64,000 nt of DNA from NCBI GenBank assembly GCA_038121105.1, contig JAYONB010000005.1, positions 130,274-194,273 of the forward strand. The letters are read 5' to 3'. Shown in pieces: positions 30,083 through 42,890 of the stretch; position 1 is the first letter of the stretch, and every line of letters starts with the position of its first letter. The DNA is from Alphaproteobacteria bacterium (lineage in GTDB: Bacteria; Pseudomonadota; Alphaproteobacteria; SHVP01). The position numbers were made by a program, and so were the translations under genes. The notes under the pieces were generated by a model. It worked only from the letters and a program-made list of their open reading frames with translations, did no database searches and was not told where the DNA came from.

Positions 30083-31216
30083 TTGACAGCCATGAGCGTC
30101 AGACCATACCGCGACATCGTGCGTCGCGATTCCCGCCAGATCATGGTCGGCGACGTCCCGGTTGGGGGCGGTGCGCCGATCACCGTCCAGTCGATGACGA
30201 ACACCAAGACCCATGACGTGGCGGGGACCGTGACCCAGGTTCGGCAGCTCGAGGCTGCCGGGGCGGACATCGTTCGCATCTCCTGTCCCGACGAAGAGTC
30301 AACGAAGGCACTGTCGTCGATCGTGGGGCAAGTCAATGTCCCGATCGTTGCGGACATCCACTTCCACTACAGGCGGGGCATCGAGGCGGCGCGCGCGGGC
30401 GCATCGTGTTTACGAATCAATCCCGGGAATATCGGATCGCAAGCACGCGTCAAAGAGGTCGTCAGTGCGGCGCGCGATCACGGTTGCTCGATGCGGATCG
30501 GCGTCAACGCAGGATCGTTGGAACAGGAGCTCCTCGAGAAGTACGGAGAACCTTGTCCCGAAGCGATGGTCGAGAGCGCCCTGCGACATGCCCGAATGCT
30601 CGAAGATGAAGATTTTCGGGACTTCAAAATCAGCGTCAAAGCGTCCGATGTGTTCCTTGCAGTAGCGGCCTACCAACAATTGGCCGAGGCTTGCGACTAT
30701 CCCTTGCACCTGGGGATTACCGAGGCTGGCGGACTGATGTCGGGTACGGTGAAGTCGTCTATCGGTTTGGGGATGCTTTTGTGGTCGGGAATCGGCGATA
30801 CGATTCGCGTTTCTCTTTCGGCAGATCCGGTCGAGGAAGTGCGCGCAGGGTTCGAAATTCTCAAGTCGCTCAACCTCCGTCACCGCGGCGTGAATATCAT
30901 TTCCTGCCCGTCGTGTGCGCGACAGGCCTTCCCCGTTATCAAGACCGTCGAAACGTTGGAGAAGCGTCTGGCGCATATCACCACGCCCATGACCCTATCG
31001 ATCATTGGCTGTGTGGTGAACGGCCCGGGCGAAGCAAGGGAGACTGACATCGGTCTCACGGGTGGCGGCCGTGGCAACCACATGGTCTATGTGAGCGGCA
31101 TCGCCGACCATAAGATTGACGACGACAAGATCGTTGATCACGTTGTTGAACTTGTTGAAGCGAGAGCACGAGAAATCGACTCTGGCGGTCCGGTGACCGC
31201 CGACGCTGCGCAATAG
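30083..31216 (+). CDS. ispG: 4-hydroxy-3-methylbut-2-en-1-yl diphosphate synthase
   Basis: 377 aa with C-terminal [4Fe-4S] Cys motifs (ISCPSCAR...[11 protein letters not shown]). The start may be the second Met at 30092. Confidence 0.9.
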   Translation: MTAMSVRPYRDIVRRDSRQIMVGDVPVGGGAPITVQSMTNTKTHDVAGTVTQVRQLEAAGADIVRISCPDEESTKALSSIVGQVNVPIVADIHFHYRRGIEAARAGASCLRINPGNIGSQARVKEVVSAARDHGCSMRIGVNAGSLEQELLEKYGEPCPEAMVESALRHARMLEDEDFRDFKISVKASDVFLAVAAYQQLAEACDYPLHLGITEAGGLMSGTVKSSIGLGMLLWSGIGDTIRVSLSADPVEEVRAGFEILKSLNLRHRGVNIISCPSCARQAFPVIKTVETLEKRLAHITTPMTLSIIGCVVNGPGEARETDIGLTGGGRGNHMVYVSGIADHKIDDDKIVDHVVELVEARAREIDSGGPVTADAAQ

Positions 31217-31230
31217 ATCGGATCCGACCC

Positions 31231-32475
31231 TTGGCTCTCCAACCCGTCCGCGGTACGCGAGACATCCTGCCCGAAGAAGGCGCCCGGATGCGGCATGTCT
31301 GCGCGACCTCTCGCGAAACCGCGCAACGGTATGGCTACGAAGAAATCGCGACGCCGATCTTCGAGTTTACCGGCGTTTTCGATCGGACACTTGGTGAAGC
31401 CACCGACGTCGTCACGAAAGAGATGTACACTTTTGACGACCGCAATGGAGATAGTCTGACCTTGCGTCCCGAGGGAACCGCGCCGGTGGCGCGGGCGGTC
31501 GTTTCGAATGGCCTCGCGCAACACGCTCCACTCAAATTTTACTACGAAGGGCCGATGTTCCGCCACGAGCGGCCGCAAAAGGGTCGTTACCGCCAACTCC
31601 ATCAAGTTGGCGTTGAGCTTTTCGGTGTTCCGGGCCCACTTGGCGATGTCGAAGTCATCGCCCTGGGCGCGCATATCTTGCAGCGCCTCGGGCTAACCGA
31701 AAAAGTACGCCTTGAGATCAACTCGTTGGGTGACCCGGAAAGTCGCACCGCATATCGCGATGCCCTTGTCGCCCATCTGGACGGGCACCGCGACAATCTG
31801 TCGGCCGAGAGCAAGACACGCTTAGAGCGCAACCCGCTCCGGATTCTCGATTCGAAAAACGATGCCGACAAGTCGATCGTCGCTGCCGGCCCGCGTTACA
31901 CGGACTATTTGAACGACACCTCCGCCAATTTTTTCGATGAAGTCAAAGCGCGCCTCGATGATTTGGAGGTTGCCTATCAGGTCAACCCGAGGTTGGTTCG
32001 TGGGTTCGACTACTACTGTCACACCGCATTCGAGTTCATTACCGACGAACTGGGCGCCCAGGGAACGGTCATGGCCGGCGGACGTTATGACGGATTGGTC
32101 CAAGCTCTTGGCGGTCCTACGTTGCCCGGTGTCGGATGGGCGGCCGGCGTCGAACGACTGTCTCTTCTGATGGCGGAGCCGCCCGCAACCCCACGCCCGA
32201 TTGCGATGATCCCGGTGGGCGAGCCTGCTGCGGCCGTGGCACTCCGACTGACCCAAGAATTGCGCCACCTAGGGTTCACCGTTGATCTGGGTTTTGCCGG
32301 CAATCTTGGCCGTCGGATGAAGCGCGCAAACAAGGTCAATGCCCGGGCCGCCGTCATGATTGGCGATGACGAACTCGCCGCGGGAACCGCTACTGTGCGC
32401 GATCTCGATTCGGGGGAGCAGGCGACCGCTCAACTCGCTGACTTGGCGTTACAGCTTGAGAAATACAAAACGTGA
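31231..32475 (+). CDS. hisS: histidine--tRNA ligase
   Basis: 414 aa with class II aaRS motifs ([11 protein letters not shown]..; [13 protein letters not shown]). Confidence 0.9.
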   Translation: MALQPVRGTRDILPEEGARMRHVCATSRETAQRYGYEEIATPIFEFTGVFDRTLGEATDVVTKEMYTFDDRNGDSLTLRPEGTAPVARAVVSNGLAQHAPLKFYYEGPMFRHERPQKGRYRQLHQVGVELFGVPGPLGDVEVIALGAHILQRLGLTEKVRLEINSLGDPESRTAYRDALVAHLDGHRDNLSAESKTRLERNPLRILDSKNDADKSIVAAGPRYTDYLNDTSANFFDEVKARLDDLEVAYQVNPRLVRGFDYYCHTAFEFITDELGAQGTVMAGGRYDGLVQALGGPTLPGVGWAAGVERLSLLMAEPPATPRPIAMIPVGEPAAAVALRLTQELRHLGFTVDLGFAGNLGRRMKRANKVNARAAVMIGDDELAAGTATVRDLDSGEQATAQLADLALQLEKYKT

Positions 32476-33557
32476 TTTCTGACGATCAAGTCGAACAACT
32501 CCTCGGCAAGTATGCCGAGTTGGAGAAAGCTCTTTCGGCGGGCCATGGCCAGGAAGGCGATTTTGTGCGCCTGTCAAAAGAATACGCTGACATGGGCCCC
32601 ATCGTTGAGGTGGCCCAGCAACTCAAGTCCTTGCGCGGCGAAGTCGCCGGTCTAGAGGAGATCCTCGCCGATTCTGATGTCGACAAGGAGATGCGTGCGA
32701 TCGCGACCGAGGAACTCAAAGAGCACACCGAAGCGATCCCCAAGATCGAACAGAAGCTCCAGGTCTTGTTGTTGCCCAAAGACGAGGCTGACGCGCGCAA
32801 CGCGATCCTCGAAGTGCGCGCCGGCACTGGAGGTGACGAAGCGGCCATTTTTGCGGCCGACCTGATGAGAATGTACCAGCGCTATGCCGAGGCGCGGGGG
32901 TGGAAGTTCGAGGTTATGTCGGTGTCCGAGAACGATGTCGGCGGATACAAAGACGCCTCCGCAACGATCGCAGGGCGGGGCGTGTTCGAACGGATGAAAT
33001 TCGAATCCGGGGTGCACCGCGTGCAACGTGTGCCAGTCACGGAATCGAGCGGCCGGATCCACACCTCGACCGCCACTGTCGCTGTTCTTCCCGAAGCTGA
33101 AGAGGTTGATGTCGAAATCGACGAGAAAGATATCCGCGTCGATGTCTACCGGGCCTCCGGACCCGGTGGCCAGTCCGTGAACACGACCGATAGCGCCGTC
33201 CGCATTACCCATTTGCCGACGGGGATCGTCGTGACGCAGCAGGACGAAAAGTCGCAACACAAGAACCGCGCTAAGGCGATGAAGATCTTACGGGCGCGTC
33301 TGTACGAAGCGGAACGTATGGCGCGGGACTCTGAACGCGCCGAAGCGCGTCGCAGCCAAATCGGTAGTGGGGATCGGTCGGAACGCATACGAACCTACAA
33401 TTTTCCGCAGAATCGTGTGACAGATCACCGCATCAATCTGACGCTGCACAAGCTGGATCGGCTCATTCTCGGCGAAGGCCTTGACGAAATGATCGACGCA
33501 TTGGCGTCGGAAGATCAATCCGCGCGTCTCGCCGCATTAGAAAGCGGTAGCACTTAG
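32472..33557 (+). CDS. prfA: peptide chain release factor 1
   Basis: 361 aa with GGQ ([13 protein letters not shown]) and PxT ([10 protein letters not shown]) motifs. The GTG start overlaps the hisS stop (GTGA). Confidence 0.9.
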   Translation: MISDDQVEQLLGKYAELEKALSAGHGQEGDFVRLSKEYADMGPIVEVAQQLKSLRGEVAGLEEILADSDVDKEMRAIATEELKEHTEAIPKIEQKLQVLLLPKDEADARNAILEVRAGTGGDEAAIFAADLMRMYQRYAEARGWKFEVMSVSENDVGGYKDASATIAGRGVFERMKFESGVHRVQRVPVTESSGRIHTSTATVAVLPEAEEVDVEIDEKDIRVDVYRASGPGGQSVNTTDSAVRITHLPTGIVVTQQDEKSQHKNRAKAMKILRARLYEAERMARDSERAEARRSQIGSGDRSERIRTYNFPQNRVTDHRINLTLHKLDRLILGEGLDEMIDALASEDQSARLAALESGST

Positions 33558-33559
33558 TA

Positions 33560-34411
33560 GTGTTGGCGTTTGACGACCTGGTTCAAAAGGCCAGCAGCAC
33601 CCTCGCGGCGCAGAAAATCGCGAATCCGCGCCGCGACGCCAACTTGCTGCTCCGACTTGCGGCGAACCTTTCGCCCGAACAGGCCATGATGGCGCCCTCG
33701 CGAGAAATCGACCGTGAGACGGCACGTCTCTTCGACGCCTTTGTGGCGCGGCGAGCGCGTGGGGAGCCGGTCTCGAGAATTCGTGGGATACGCGAATTCT
33801 GGAGCCTTGAGTTCGAAATCAACGCCGCGACGCTGGATCCGCGCGCAGACAGCGAAGTGCTCGTCGCAGCGGTCGTCGAGACATTGGCCAGACGCGGCAT
33901 ACCCGCGCCTCGGATTCTGGACCTCGGCACGGGAAGCGGCTGTCTCTTGATATCGTTGCTTTCGGAATTTCCCAGGGCCGTCGGGGTCGGCGTCGATTTG
34001 GATCCCCAAGCGACCGCCACGGCAATGCACAACGCAAGAAGGAATGGCGTCGACCGTCGCGCCAGTTTTGTCGTGTCCAATTGGCATACGGCGATCGACT
34101 CGCAGTTCGATGTTATAGTGTCCAATCCCCCTTACATCTCAACGGAAAGAATTCCCTCCCTCGAAGCCGAAGTGCGCCGTTACGACCCGCATCTTGCGCT
34201 CGACGGGGGGCGTGATGGTTTGTCTTGTTACCGTATGATCGGAAGCGCAATGCCGGGGCTTTTAGCCGAAGGTGGATTGGCGGTGTTCGAAGTGGGCTTG
34301 GGCCAGTCTCGTTCGGTCGCAGCAATCTTGACCAATGCTGGTCTGAGCGGGATCGAAATTCGGCCCGATCTAGCCGGAATCCCACGCTGTGTCCTGGCCG
34401 AGAGGGTCTGA
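33560..34411 (+). CDS. prmC: release factor glutamine N5-methyltransferase (HemK)
   Basis: 283 aa with the NPPY motif (VIVSNPPYISTERI). The start is GTG. Confidence 0.85.
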   Translation: MLAFDDLVQKASSTLAAQKIANPRRDANLLLRLAANLSPEQAMMAPSREIDRETARLFDAFVARRARGEPVSRIRGIREFWSLEFEINAATLDPRADSEVLVAAVVETLARRGIPAPRILDLGTGSGCLLISLLSEFPRAVGVGVDLDPQATATAMHNARRNGVDRRASFVVSNWHTAIDSQFDVIVSNPPYISTERIPSLEAEVRRYDPHLALDGGRDGLSCYRMIGSAMPGLLAEGGLAVFEVGLGQSRSVAAILTNAGLSGIEIRPDLAGIPRCVLAERV

Positions 34412-34601
34412 ACTCAGAGAAAAAAAGGGTTGGATTAGGGGGGCTGGCGGACTAGGTTCGTTGCTGGACGACGCGATGAACGGACCCATAGGTCGGGTCG
34501 ACGTTGCCCCAGCGCAAACAAGCACCGATAGGGTTTGGCGGATCGTCTAATCCGCCCACGGCTGGGTAGCGCAAGCAGAAACAACAACGAGTAATGTAGC
34601 T

Positions 34602-35129
34602 ATGAGACAAGGATCCGGTTCGAGGCGTTCGCGTGGGCGCTCTAACGGCAAGCGCTCGTTTGGTCAGGGACCCAATCGCAGCTTCGAAAGCAACGGCCCT
34701 GGCGTAAAGCTGCGGGGCACAGCGGCACAGGTGTTTGAGAAATACCTCGCTCTGGCGCGCGACGCTTCGTCGAGCGGCGATCGGATCGCGTCCGAAAATT
34801 TCTACCAGCACGCCGAGCACTACTATCGTTTGCACAGCGCATTCAACGCGGAGCGCAAGCTCAAGACGGAGAACGAGCGCGCCGAGGAAGAAGACCGTCA
34901 AGAGGAGGGGGCGACCGGCGACTTCGACGGGGCCACCCAGGAAGCAGATAGCGCGGATAAACCAGAGAAAGCCGAGAAACCTGAGAAGGTCGAAAAACCG
35001 AAGAAGGCCGAAGCCTCAGACAGCGATGCGTCGTCCGAGGATGATGAAGAGGCGACCGCACCACCGCCCAAACCGCGTCGGCGTCGCCGGGCCGCACCCA
35101 AGGATACCGAAGCAGAAACTTCGGCCTAA
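34602..35129 (+). CDS. DUF4167-like protein (Arg/Gly-rich N-terminus, acidic and basic C-terminus)
   Basis: 175 aa. The conserved core AQVFEKYLALARDASSSGDRIASENFYQHAEHYYRL fits this alpha-specific family, which is commonly found between prmC and clpB. Confidence 0.65.
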   Translation: MRQGSGSRRSRGRSNGKRSFGQGPNRSFESNGPGVKLRGTAAQVFEKYLALARDASSSGDRIASENFYQHAEHYYRLHSAFNAERKLKTENERAEEEDRQEEGATGDFDGATQEADSADKPEKAEKPEKVEKPKKAEASDSDASSEDDEEATAPPPKPRRRRRAAPKDTEAETSA

Positions 35130-35235
35130 TAGCGCCCGACCCCCTTGTGTTGCCGTGTTGCAACACTATCTACTAGGCGATTTGTCGTTCTCGGGGCGTG
35201 ACCTCGGGAACAGTTGCATTGTCCAGTAGGTCGCC

Positions 35236-37824
35236 ATGGATTTCGAGAAATACACCGATCGTTCTAAAGGCTTCATTCAGGCCGCGCAGACCCTCGCCTT
35301 GGGTCGGAACCACCAGCGCTTCACCCCTGAGCATTTGCTCTCCGTCCTGATCGAGGACAAGGAAGGCCTGGCGGCAAACCTGATCGCTGCCGCAGGAGGG
35401 CGCCCGGAAGACGTGCGATCCGGAACGGACGCCGCCCTATCGAAAATCCCCAGCGTTGAAGGCAGTGGTGCCGGGCAGGTCTATCTGGCCCCTGAAATGG
35501 CGCGCCTCTTTGAATCCGCTCAAGAAATCGCGGAAAAGGCTGGCGACCGCTTCGTCACGGCCGAGCGCCTCCTACTAGCGCTCACGATGGCGAAGGAAAC
35601 CCCCGCCGCCGCGATTTTGGAGAGCGCCGGGGTTACCCCGCAGGGACTCAACGCGGCCATCAATGACGTGCGTAAGGGCCGGACCGCGGACAGTGCAGGT
35701 GCCGAGGGCCAATACGACGCCCTCAAGAGGTACGCCCGCGACCTCACTGAAGTGGCGGCGGCAGGGAAACTCGACCCCGTCATCGGGCGCGATGAAGAAA
35801 TTCGCCGCACGATCCAGGTCCTTTCCCGCCGCACCAAGAATAACCCCGTCCTCATTGGAGAACCGGGCGTCGGTAAGACGGCGATCGTCGAAGGCCTTGC
35901 ACTGCGGATCGTCAACGGCGACGTGCCGGAGTCGCTTAAGAACCGGCGTTTGATGGCGCTCGATTTGGGCGCCATGGTGGCTGGCGCAAAATATCGCGGC
36001 GAATTCGAAGAGCGCCTTAAGGCGGTGTTGAACGAGGTTGCCGCTGCGGCCGGCGAGATCATCATGTTCATCGACGAGATGCATACGCTGGTCGGCGCCG
36101 GTGCGGCCGAGGGTGCTATGGATGCGTCCAATCTTCTCAAACCGGCGCTCGCGCGGGGCGAACTTCATTGCGTTGGCGCCACGACCCTCGACGAATACCG
36201 CAAACATGTCGAAAAGGACGCGGCATTGGCGCGCCGGTTCCAATCGGTCTTCGTCAGTGAGCCCACGGTCGAAGACACGGTGTCCATCCTGCGGGGTCTG
36301 AAAGAAAAATACGAGCTCCACCACGGCGTTCGGATCACCGACAATGCGATTGTCGCCGCGGCGACAATGTCCAATCGCTACATCAGCGACCGCTTCTTGC
36401 CCGATAAAGCGATCGATTTGATCGATGAAGCGGCCAGTCGTTTGCGTATGGAAGTGGATTCCAAGCCCGAAGAACTCGACGAGCTCGATCGTCGCGTGAT
36501 CCAGCTCAAGATCGAACGCGAGGCGTTAAAGAAAGAAACCGATCAAGCGTCCAAGGATCGCCTCGAGGCGTTGGAAAAGGAACTCGGCGACCTTGAAGAA
36601 AAAGCCAACGAACTCACCACGCGCTGGGAAGCCGAAAAGGACCATCTTGCGGGTGCCCAGAAGCTGAAAGAAGAGCTCGAAGCTGCGCGGAACGCATTGG
36701 AAATTGCGCAACGCGAAGGCGATCTGGCCCGCGCCGGTGAATTGACCTACGGCGTCATTCCGGACCTTGAGCAGCGCATCGGCCAAGCCGAGGGTGATCA
36801 AAGCGGCGCCATGCTCGATGAAGAAGTTCGCGAGGAACACGTGGCGGCCGTGGTCTCGCGTTGGACCGGGATTCCCGTCGACAAGATGCTGACCGGCGAG
36901 CGTGAAAAACTCCTCGGTATGGAGCAGGCCCTAGGTGCTCGGGTCATCGGCCAAGATCGTGCGATCGACGTCGTGTCGAACGCGGTCCGTCGCGCCCGTG
37001 CGGGGCTCCAAGACCCCAACCGCCCGATCGGGTCGTTCCTGTTCCTAGGCCCTACCGGTGTCGGCAAGACCGAATTGACCAAGTCGCTTGCCGCGTTTCT
37101 TTTCGACGACGAGACGGCAATGGTTCGCCTCGACATGTCCGAGTACATGGAGAAGCACTCCGTCGCCCGTTTGATCGGCGCGCCGCCGGGCTACGTCGGC
37201 TACGAGGAGGGCGGAGCCCTCACCGAAGCGGTGCGCCGCCGGCCCTATCAGGTCGTGCTGTTCGACGAAATCGAGAAGGCCCACGGCGACGTCTTCAACG
37301 TGTTGCTGCAGGTTTTGGACGACGGTCGGCTGACGGATGGTCAGGGCCGGACCGTCGATTTCGCCAATACCTTGATCATCCAGACGTCCAACCTCGGGTC
37401 TGAGCACTTGGCGGCATTGCCCGAAGGCGCGGACACTGCAGATGCCGAGACCGACGTGATGGAGGTCGTCCGCTCGGCCTTTCGTCCCGAGTTTCTAAAC
37501 CGCCTCGACGATATCGTTCTGTTCCGCCGTTTGGACCGCAACCATATGGATGCCATTGTCGATATCCAGGTCCGTCGCCTTGCGGCGCTTCTGGCCGATC
37601 GAAAGATCAGGGTCGAATTGGATGAAAGTGCCCGTACCTGGTTGGCTGACGCCGGTTATGACCCGGTCTACGGCGCGCGTCCGTTACGGCGGGTCATGCA
37701 GCGCGATCTCCAGAACGAACTGGCGAATCTCATCTTGAAAGGCGATGTCAGCGAGGGCGATACCGTCGCGGTGTCTGCGGGTGGCGACGGGCTTGAGTTG
37801 CGCCCGCAACCGAACGGGGACTAG
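35236..37824 (+). CDS. clpB: ATP-dependent chaperone ClpB
   Basis: 862 aa with two AAA+ modules (GEPGVGKT; [10 protein letters not shown]) and a middle coiled-coil domain. Confidence 0.95.
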   Translation: MDFEKYTDRSKGFIQAAQTLALGRNHQRFTPEHLLSVLIEDKEGLAANLIAAAGGRPEDVRSGTDAALSKIPSVEGSGAGQVYLAPEMARLFESAQEIAEKAGDRFVTAERLLLALTMAKETPAAAILESAGVTPQGLNAAINDVRKGRTADSAGAEGQYDALKRYARDLTEVAAAGKLDPVIGRDEEIRRTIQVLSRRTKNNPVLIGEPGVGKTAIVEGLALRIVNGDVPESLKNRRLMALDLGAMVAGAKYRGEFEERLKAVLNEVAAAAGEIIMFIDEMHTLVGAGAAEGAMDASNLLKPALARGELHCVGATTLDEYRKHVEKDAALARRFQSVFVSEPTVEDTVSILRGLKEKYELHHGVRITDNAIVAAATMSNRYISDRFLPDKAIDLIDEAASRLRMEVDSKPEELDELDRRVIQLKIEREALKKETDQASKDRLEALEKELGDLEEKANELTTRWEAEKDHLAGAQKLKEELEAARNALEIAQREGDLARAGELTYGVIPDLEQRIGQAEGDQSGAMLDEEVREEHVAAVVSRWTGIPVDKMLTGEREKLLGMEQALGARVIGQDRAIDVVSNAVRRARAGLQDPNRPIGSFLFLGPTGVGKTELTKSLAAFLFDDETAMVRLDMSEYMEKHSVARLIGAPPGYVGYEEGGALTEAVRRRPYQVVLFDEIEKAHGDVFNVLLQVLDDGRLTDGQGRTVDFANTLIIQTSNLGSEHLAALPEGADTADAETDVMEVVRSAFRPEFLNRLDDIVLFRRLDRNHMDAIVDIQVRRLAALLADRKIRVELDESARTWLADAGYDPVYGARPLRRVMQRDLQNELANLILKGDVSEGDTVAVSAGGDGLELRPQPNGD

Positions 37825-39197
37825 TTCCGCGCCGCGGTTCGCAGCGGTTTGTCGACCGCGGCGAAGGTTGCTTCCAAGGAGGCGCGACTGGCCTGAAACC
37901 GTTTTAACTCGTCGCCCTCCAGCTTTTGTCCCGTGGGGAGCTTGAGGCTCAACGGGTTGATCTGAGCATTGTTGCGGAGGATCTCGTAATGCAGGTGTGG
38001 GCCAGTGGACCGTCCGGTCGTACCGACATACGCCACGATCTGGCCTTGCTTCACGCGGCTGCCGACCCCGATGCCCTTGGCGAAAGAGTTCAAGTGGGCG
38101 TAAGCGGATTTGTACGTGCTGTTGTGGCGAATACGAAGGTAGCGCCCATAGGACCCATTGGTCTTGGCATATTCGACCACGCCGTCGCCGGCCGCCATGA
38201 TAGGTGTGCCGCGTGCCGCCGCAAAATCGACACCGCGGTGCATGCGCGTGTATCCCAAAATCGGATGTTTGCGCTTACCGAAGCGTGAGGAAAGCCGCGC
38301 CCCGTTGACGGGGGTGCGTAGCAGCGCCTTACGAACGCTTTCGCCTTTTTCATTGAAATAGTCGACGGAGCCGTCGGCCAATTCGTGCCGAATCAGACGT
38401 AACTCGGTCCCGCTCAGCGTGAGCGAAGCCATCAATATGTCGCCGGTCCTGACGCGATTGCCGTCATTGTCGACTTTCGTTTCGAACATCACTTCGAAAC
38501 GGTCGTTGCGCTGGATATCGCGCTGGAAGTCGACATCCCAGCTATAGGCCCGAATCAAGTCCATGATGAGCCGGTCAGGAACATCTTCGGCGGCCATCGC
38601 TTGAAAAAGACTGTCGCGGATCAGGCCCCTTGCACCGACAAGCGCCACGCTGAGAGGTTTCTCGATTGCTTCCGAAAAAAAGGTGTCGTCATCGAGCCGG
38701 TGCGCCGCAACACTCTTCACGGCATCCAATGGAATGACGACCGACAGCAAACTCGGTTTGCTGTTCCCATCCAAGGCTACACGAACGCGTTGGCCCGCAA
38801 GAAGTTTGCGTGGTTCGAAGACGTCCTCAAGCGACACGATCGCTTGGTGTGCCTCAACGCGTGGCACCCCGGCGCGAAGGAGCGTCTCCATGAGGTTGGA
38901 GCCGGGGCTAACTTTGGTTTCCCTAATCGTCGCTTCGGTTCGGCCGCTATGATGACCCGATAGCTCGGAAAGACGGTGCGCGGTTTCGAACGGCAGGGCC
39001 TCGAGCCGCAGGGCCTCGGTTGGTATGAAATTCTGCTGGTTACGCGCCGACAGAATCCCCGGTTCAATGAGCGGAAGCGCGATCGAGCCGAAAACCGCAC
39101 CGACCAAAACGCCCCAGACGAACATCCGACGGTTACCGTCGTCTGCAGATCGCGCGGCCTTTGAAGGCCGGGGAGATTTTGCGAATTTGTCGATCAT
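37821..39197 (-). CDS. M23 family peptidoglycan metalloendopeptidase (N-terminal TM anchor)
   Basis: 458 aa with the LytM/M23 core ([22 protein letters not shown]...GPHLHYEI). There is a 4-nt convergent overlap with clpB (CTAG). Confidence 0.85.
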   Translation of the reverse strand: MIDKFAKSPRPSKAARSADDGNRRMFVWGVLVGAVFGSIALPLIEPGILSARNQQNFIPTEALRLEALPFETAHRLSELSGHHSGRTEATIRETKVSPGSNLMETLLRAGVPRVEAHQAIVSLEDVFEPRKLLAGQRVRVALDGNSKPSLLSVVIPLDAVKSVAAHRLDDDTFFSEAIEKPLSVALVGARGLIRDSLFQAMAAEDVPDRLIMDLIRAYSWDVDFQRDIQRNDRFEVMFETKVDNDGNRVRTGDILMASLTLSGTELRLIRHELADGSVDYFNEKGESVRKALLRTPVNGARLSSRFGKRKHPILGYTRMHRGVDFAAARGTPIMAAGDGVVEYAKTNGSYGRYLRIRHNSTYKSAYAHLNSFAKGIGVGSRVKQGQIVAYVGTTGRSTGPHLHYEILRNNAQINPLSLKLPTGQKLEGDELKRFQASRASLEATFAAVDKPLRTAARN

Positions 39198-39321
39198 TCC
39201 GACCCGGAGTTGTTGGCGATCGACACGATGCGAATCGCAGCAGCCTATGTCAACAAAAATTTCTTATGAATCAATGCTCTCTGACCCAGACTTAAGGTTT
39301 TGGTCTGGCCAGGGCGGCAGC

Positions 39322-40734
39322 CTAGTGGCGGTCCCGAGGGGGTGTATGGAGGGCGAAGGATTGGGTCTGATAGGTCCAGAAGTGCAGTTTTGGCGACCAG
39401 TGCGCGGCAGGAAGCCCAGCTTTGCGCCATAGGTGCTCGAGGAAAAGCGGACCATGCGGCACTTGTTGCCACACTTGCGGCAGGAAGGTTGCCCGCTTGT
39501 CGCCTTCGCGAACGATGAGGCCGTCGATACCAGGCCGCAAGGCCGCTAAGAGCGCCCCCTTACTTGCCGCGGCGATCGGCGTTGGCGCACTCAGGACTGA
39601 AACCTCCAGGGCGTTGATTTGTGCAAACTCTTCGGCATTCAGGGGCGGGAACCGGGGGTCGCGAAACGCCGCCGCGAAGGCGTTGTCCGCCACATCCACG
39701 ACGAGCGGTCGCTGCGCGGTAAGCGATCCGATGCACCCGCGCAGTCTGTTCTTGAGTTTCAAGGTGACGAACGACGCGCCAGGTTCTCCCAAGGGCGGGG
39801 CATAGCCGTCGGGATTGATGGATAGGGGATGACCGTTGGCGAGCCCGTGACGGATGGATTGCCCTGCAACGTGCAGAACGACCTCGCGCTCGCCGAGGGA
39901 CAGACCTTGTGTGCCCGAGTCCTGAAACCAGATCGACGCATATCCTACCACCCGATCCCTGTCGCCGGCGGTGTCGCCCGATGTTCGATGATCCAGCAAG
40001 TGTGCTTCCAGCCCCGCCGTCTTCGCAACTTCGATCAATCCTTTTATCGGCAACCGACCGCAAGCCCCTTCGTCGGAGATGCCGTCGGCATTGAGTTTCG
40101 TGATCGCCTCCAGCGTGTCGTGGTCGAGTCTTTTGGCGGATTCGTCGTCGAGGTAATGGCTGAGATCTGAACTGACCACCACGAGTGTTCCGGGTTCGGC
40201 TGTCATCACCCTGATGACGTCGGCAACTTGTTCTGGGGTTGCGGCGCCAACGATCAACGGGATCACCGTAAACGATTCAAGGCTGCGCTGCAGAAATGGA
40301 AGGTGCACTTCGATGCAATGCTCGGCTGCGTGGGCGTCATCGCGCACGGAGACACATTCCAGGGTGTCGAGCGCTGCAATCGCCTCGGTATCGACCGGCA
40401 CCATCCCCAGTGGCGTTCTAAACGTCGCCGCGCTAGGGGCGGCGATACCCTGGAAGGCAACACGATGAGCCGGACCGAGGATCAGCACGCGCTGGAACTC
40501 GGAGCGAAACCGGGCCAGGGGTTGGTAGGCGCGCGCTGCCGTTTGTCCTGAGTAGATGAACCCGGCATGCGGGGCGACGATCGCAAATGGCGCTCGGCCG
40601 GGAGGACGCTGGCGTGCGTTGCGCGCCTCATCCATCATGCTGGCGATCAATGCGTCCAACTCGCGCCGATCGGCCGGGTAGAAAAGGCCAGCGACGGCGG
40701 CGGGCCGGGAACGACGGGCGTTTAATTCGCTCAT
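39322..40734 (-). CDS. AmmeMemoRadiSam system fusion protein: N-terminal protein B (Memo1-like) + C-terminal protein A (AMMECR1 domain)
   Basis: 470 aa. The N-terminal part has the Memo signature (GLFYPAD...IVAPHAGFIYSG). The C-terminal part has the AMMECR1 signature (LRGCIGSL...FRDPRFPPL...ATFLPQVW). Confidence 0.8.
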   Translation of the reverse strand: MSELNARRSRPAAVAGLFYPADRRELDALIASMMDEARNARQRPPGRAPFAIVAPHAGFIYSGQTAARAYQPLARFRSEFQRVLILGPAHRVAFQGIAAPSAATFRTPLGMVPVDTEAIAALDTLECVSVRDDAHAAEHCIEVHLPFLQRSLESFTVIPLIVGAATPEQVADVIRVMTAEPGTLVVVSSDLSHYLDDESAKRLDHDTLEAITKLNADGISDEGACGRLPIKGLIEVAKTAGLEAHLLDHRTSGDTAGDRDRVVGYASIWFQDSGTQGLSLGEREVVLHVAGQSIRHGLANGHPLSINPDGYAPPLGEPGASFVTLKLKNRLRGCIGSLTAQRPLVVDVADNAFAAAFRDPRFPPLNAEEFAQINALEVSVLSAPTPIAAASKGALLAALRPGIDGLIVREGDKRATFLPQVWQQVPHGPLFLEHLWRKAGLPAAHWSPKLHFWTYQTQSFALHTPPRDRH

Positions 40735-40740
40735 TGCGTC

Positions 40741-40759
40741 ACCATCTTACTAAGATGGT
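40741..40759. promoter_or_regulatory. perfect 9-1-9 inverted repeat ACCATCTTA-c-TAAGATGGT in the 52-bp divergent intergenic region of the AmmeMemoRadiSam genes (candidate operator)
   Basis: Seen directly in the sequence. It lies 7 nt from the start of the minus-strand fusion gene and 28 nt upstream of the radical SAM ATG. Confidence 0.4.
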
Positions 40760-40786
40760 ATCTCGATAATACGGCGGGAGGAACGA

Positions 40787-41970
<1,184 letters not shown>

Positions 41971-41974
<4 letters not shown>

Positions 41975-42642
41975 CCGTCCGCGTTTCGCAAAGACCCTTG
42001 CCAAGCCGTTTGCCGGGCTTCTTGGCGCTGCCGATAGGCTGCTTTGACCGCCTCGCGTCTTAGTCGCGCGTCGAGAACGCGTTCGCCATGCCACAGGGAA
42101 TTCACTCGCTGCAAATATCGTTCGGATATTCCTGGGGTCGCCGAGTGATAGCGGCCGATCGCCCGGTTCCACGAATGTGTGGCGCGAAATAGATCCTTCA
42201 AAAAGGTCGCCGCATAGTCGGCGTTGGCAGCCGGATCGAAGGCTTCCGCAAGGCTTGAGAACGCATCGGGGTGGTAATGCAGATTGACCTGCATGCAGCC
42301 GACATCGATGTTGCGCACACCGCGGGCCTGTAACGTGCGGACCGCGGCAATCGCGGCTTTCTTGTCTGGGTAGTAGCGAGAGTCCGCACCGGACGTCACC
42401 GTCCAAGGCCAGGGGTAACTTCTGCGTTGGCCGGCGTGCCACCGCCCGCTTTCGGCCAAAGAGATGGCGGACAGCACGAGTTTGGGCAGCCGATGGCGTT
42501 TTTCGGCTTCGCGCGTTTGAGCCCGGCAAATCTGGCCGACTTCTGGCGCGAATGTGCTCTCGCTCGCAACCACAGGCGTGCCGGTGGCGAGCGCAAACCC
42601 AAGGACTGCAAGGAAAACTGGGATTAAGCGATGCGGCATCAT
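41971..42642 (-). CDS. lytic transglycosylase (SLT domain) family protein
   Basis: The start was set at the Met-Met at 42642 (MMPHRLIPVFLAVLGFALATG signal peptide) with GGAGA upstream. SLT core: LVLSAISLAESG...GCMQVNLHYH. There is a 4-nt convergent overlap with the radical SAM gene. Confidence 0.8.
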
Positions 42643-42852
42643 CGGATTCTCCGTGACGAGGTACGAAGAAAAATGCGAACCGCGTGCCAACTAAGCTATG
42701 TGGCTAAAATGCCACTAGTGTCGCAAATCTGCGGCAGTCCGGATTATTCGTTTGGGCCGTTTTACGAGTAGCCACTATATGTAGTGGTGCGGCATCGCAG
42801 TCTCATGCCTTCGATGCCGAATACCCTTTCTGGGTATTTCCTCCCTAAACTC

Positions 42853-42882
42853 GGGCCCTCCTGAAAAGGTGGGCCCCTTTTT
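42853..42882 (+). terminator. strong intrinsic terminator in plus orientation (GGGCCC-N12-GGGCCCC + TTTTT) with no plus-strand gene upstream
   Basis: The sequence is ctcGGGCCCtcctgaaaaggtGGGCCCCTTTTTcg. On the minus strand it also sits just after the FGase stop but lacks a U-tract there; only an A-tract precedes the stem. Confidence 0.5.
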
Positions 42883-42890
42883 CGTCACGG

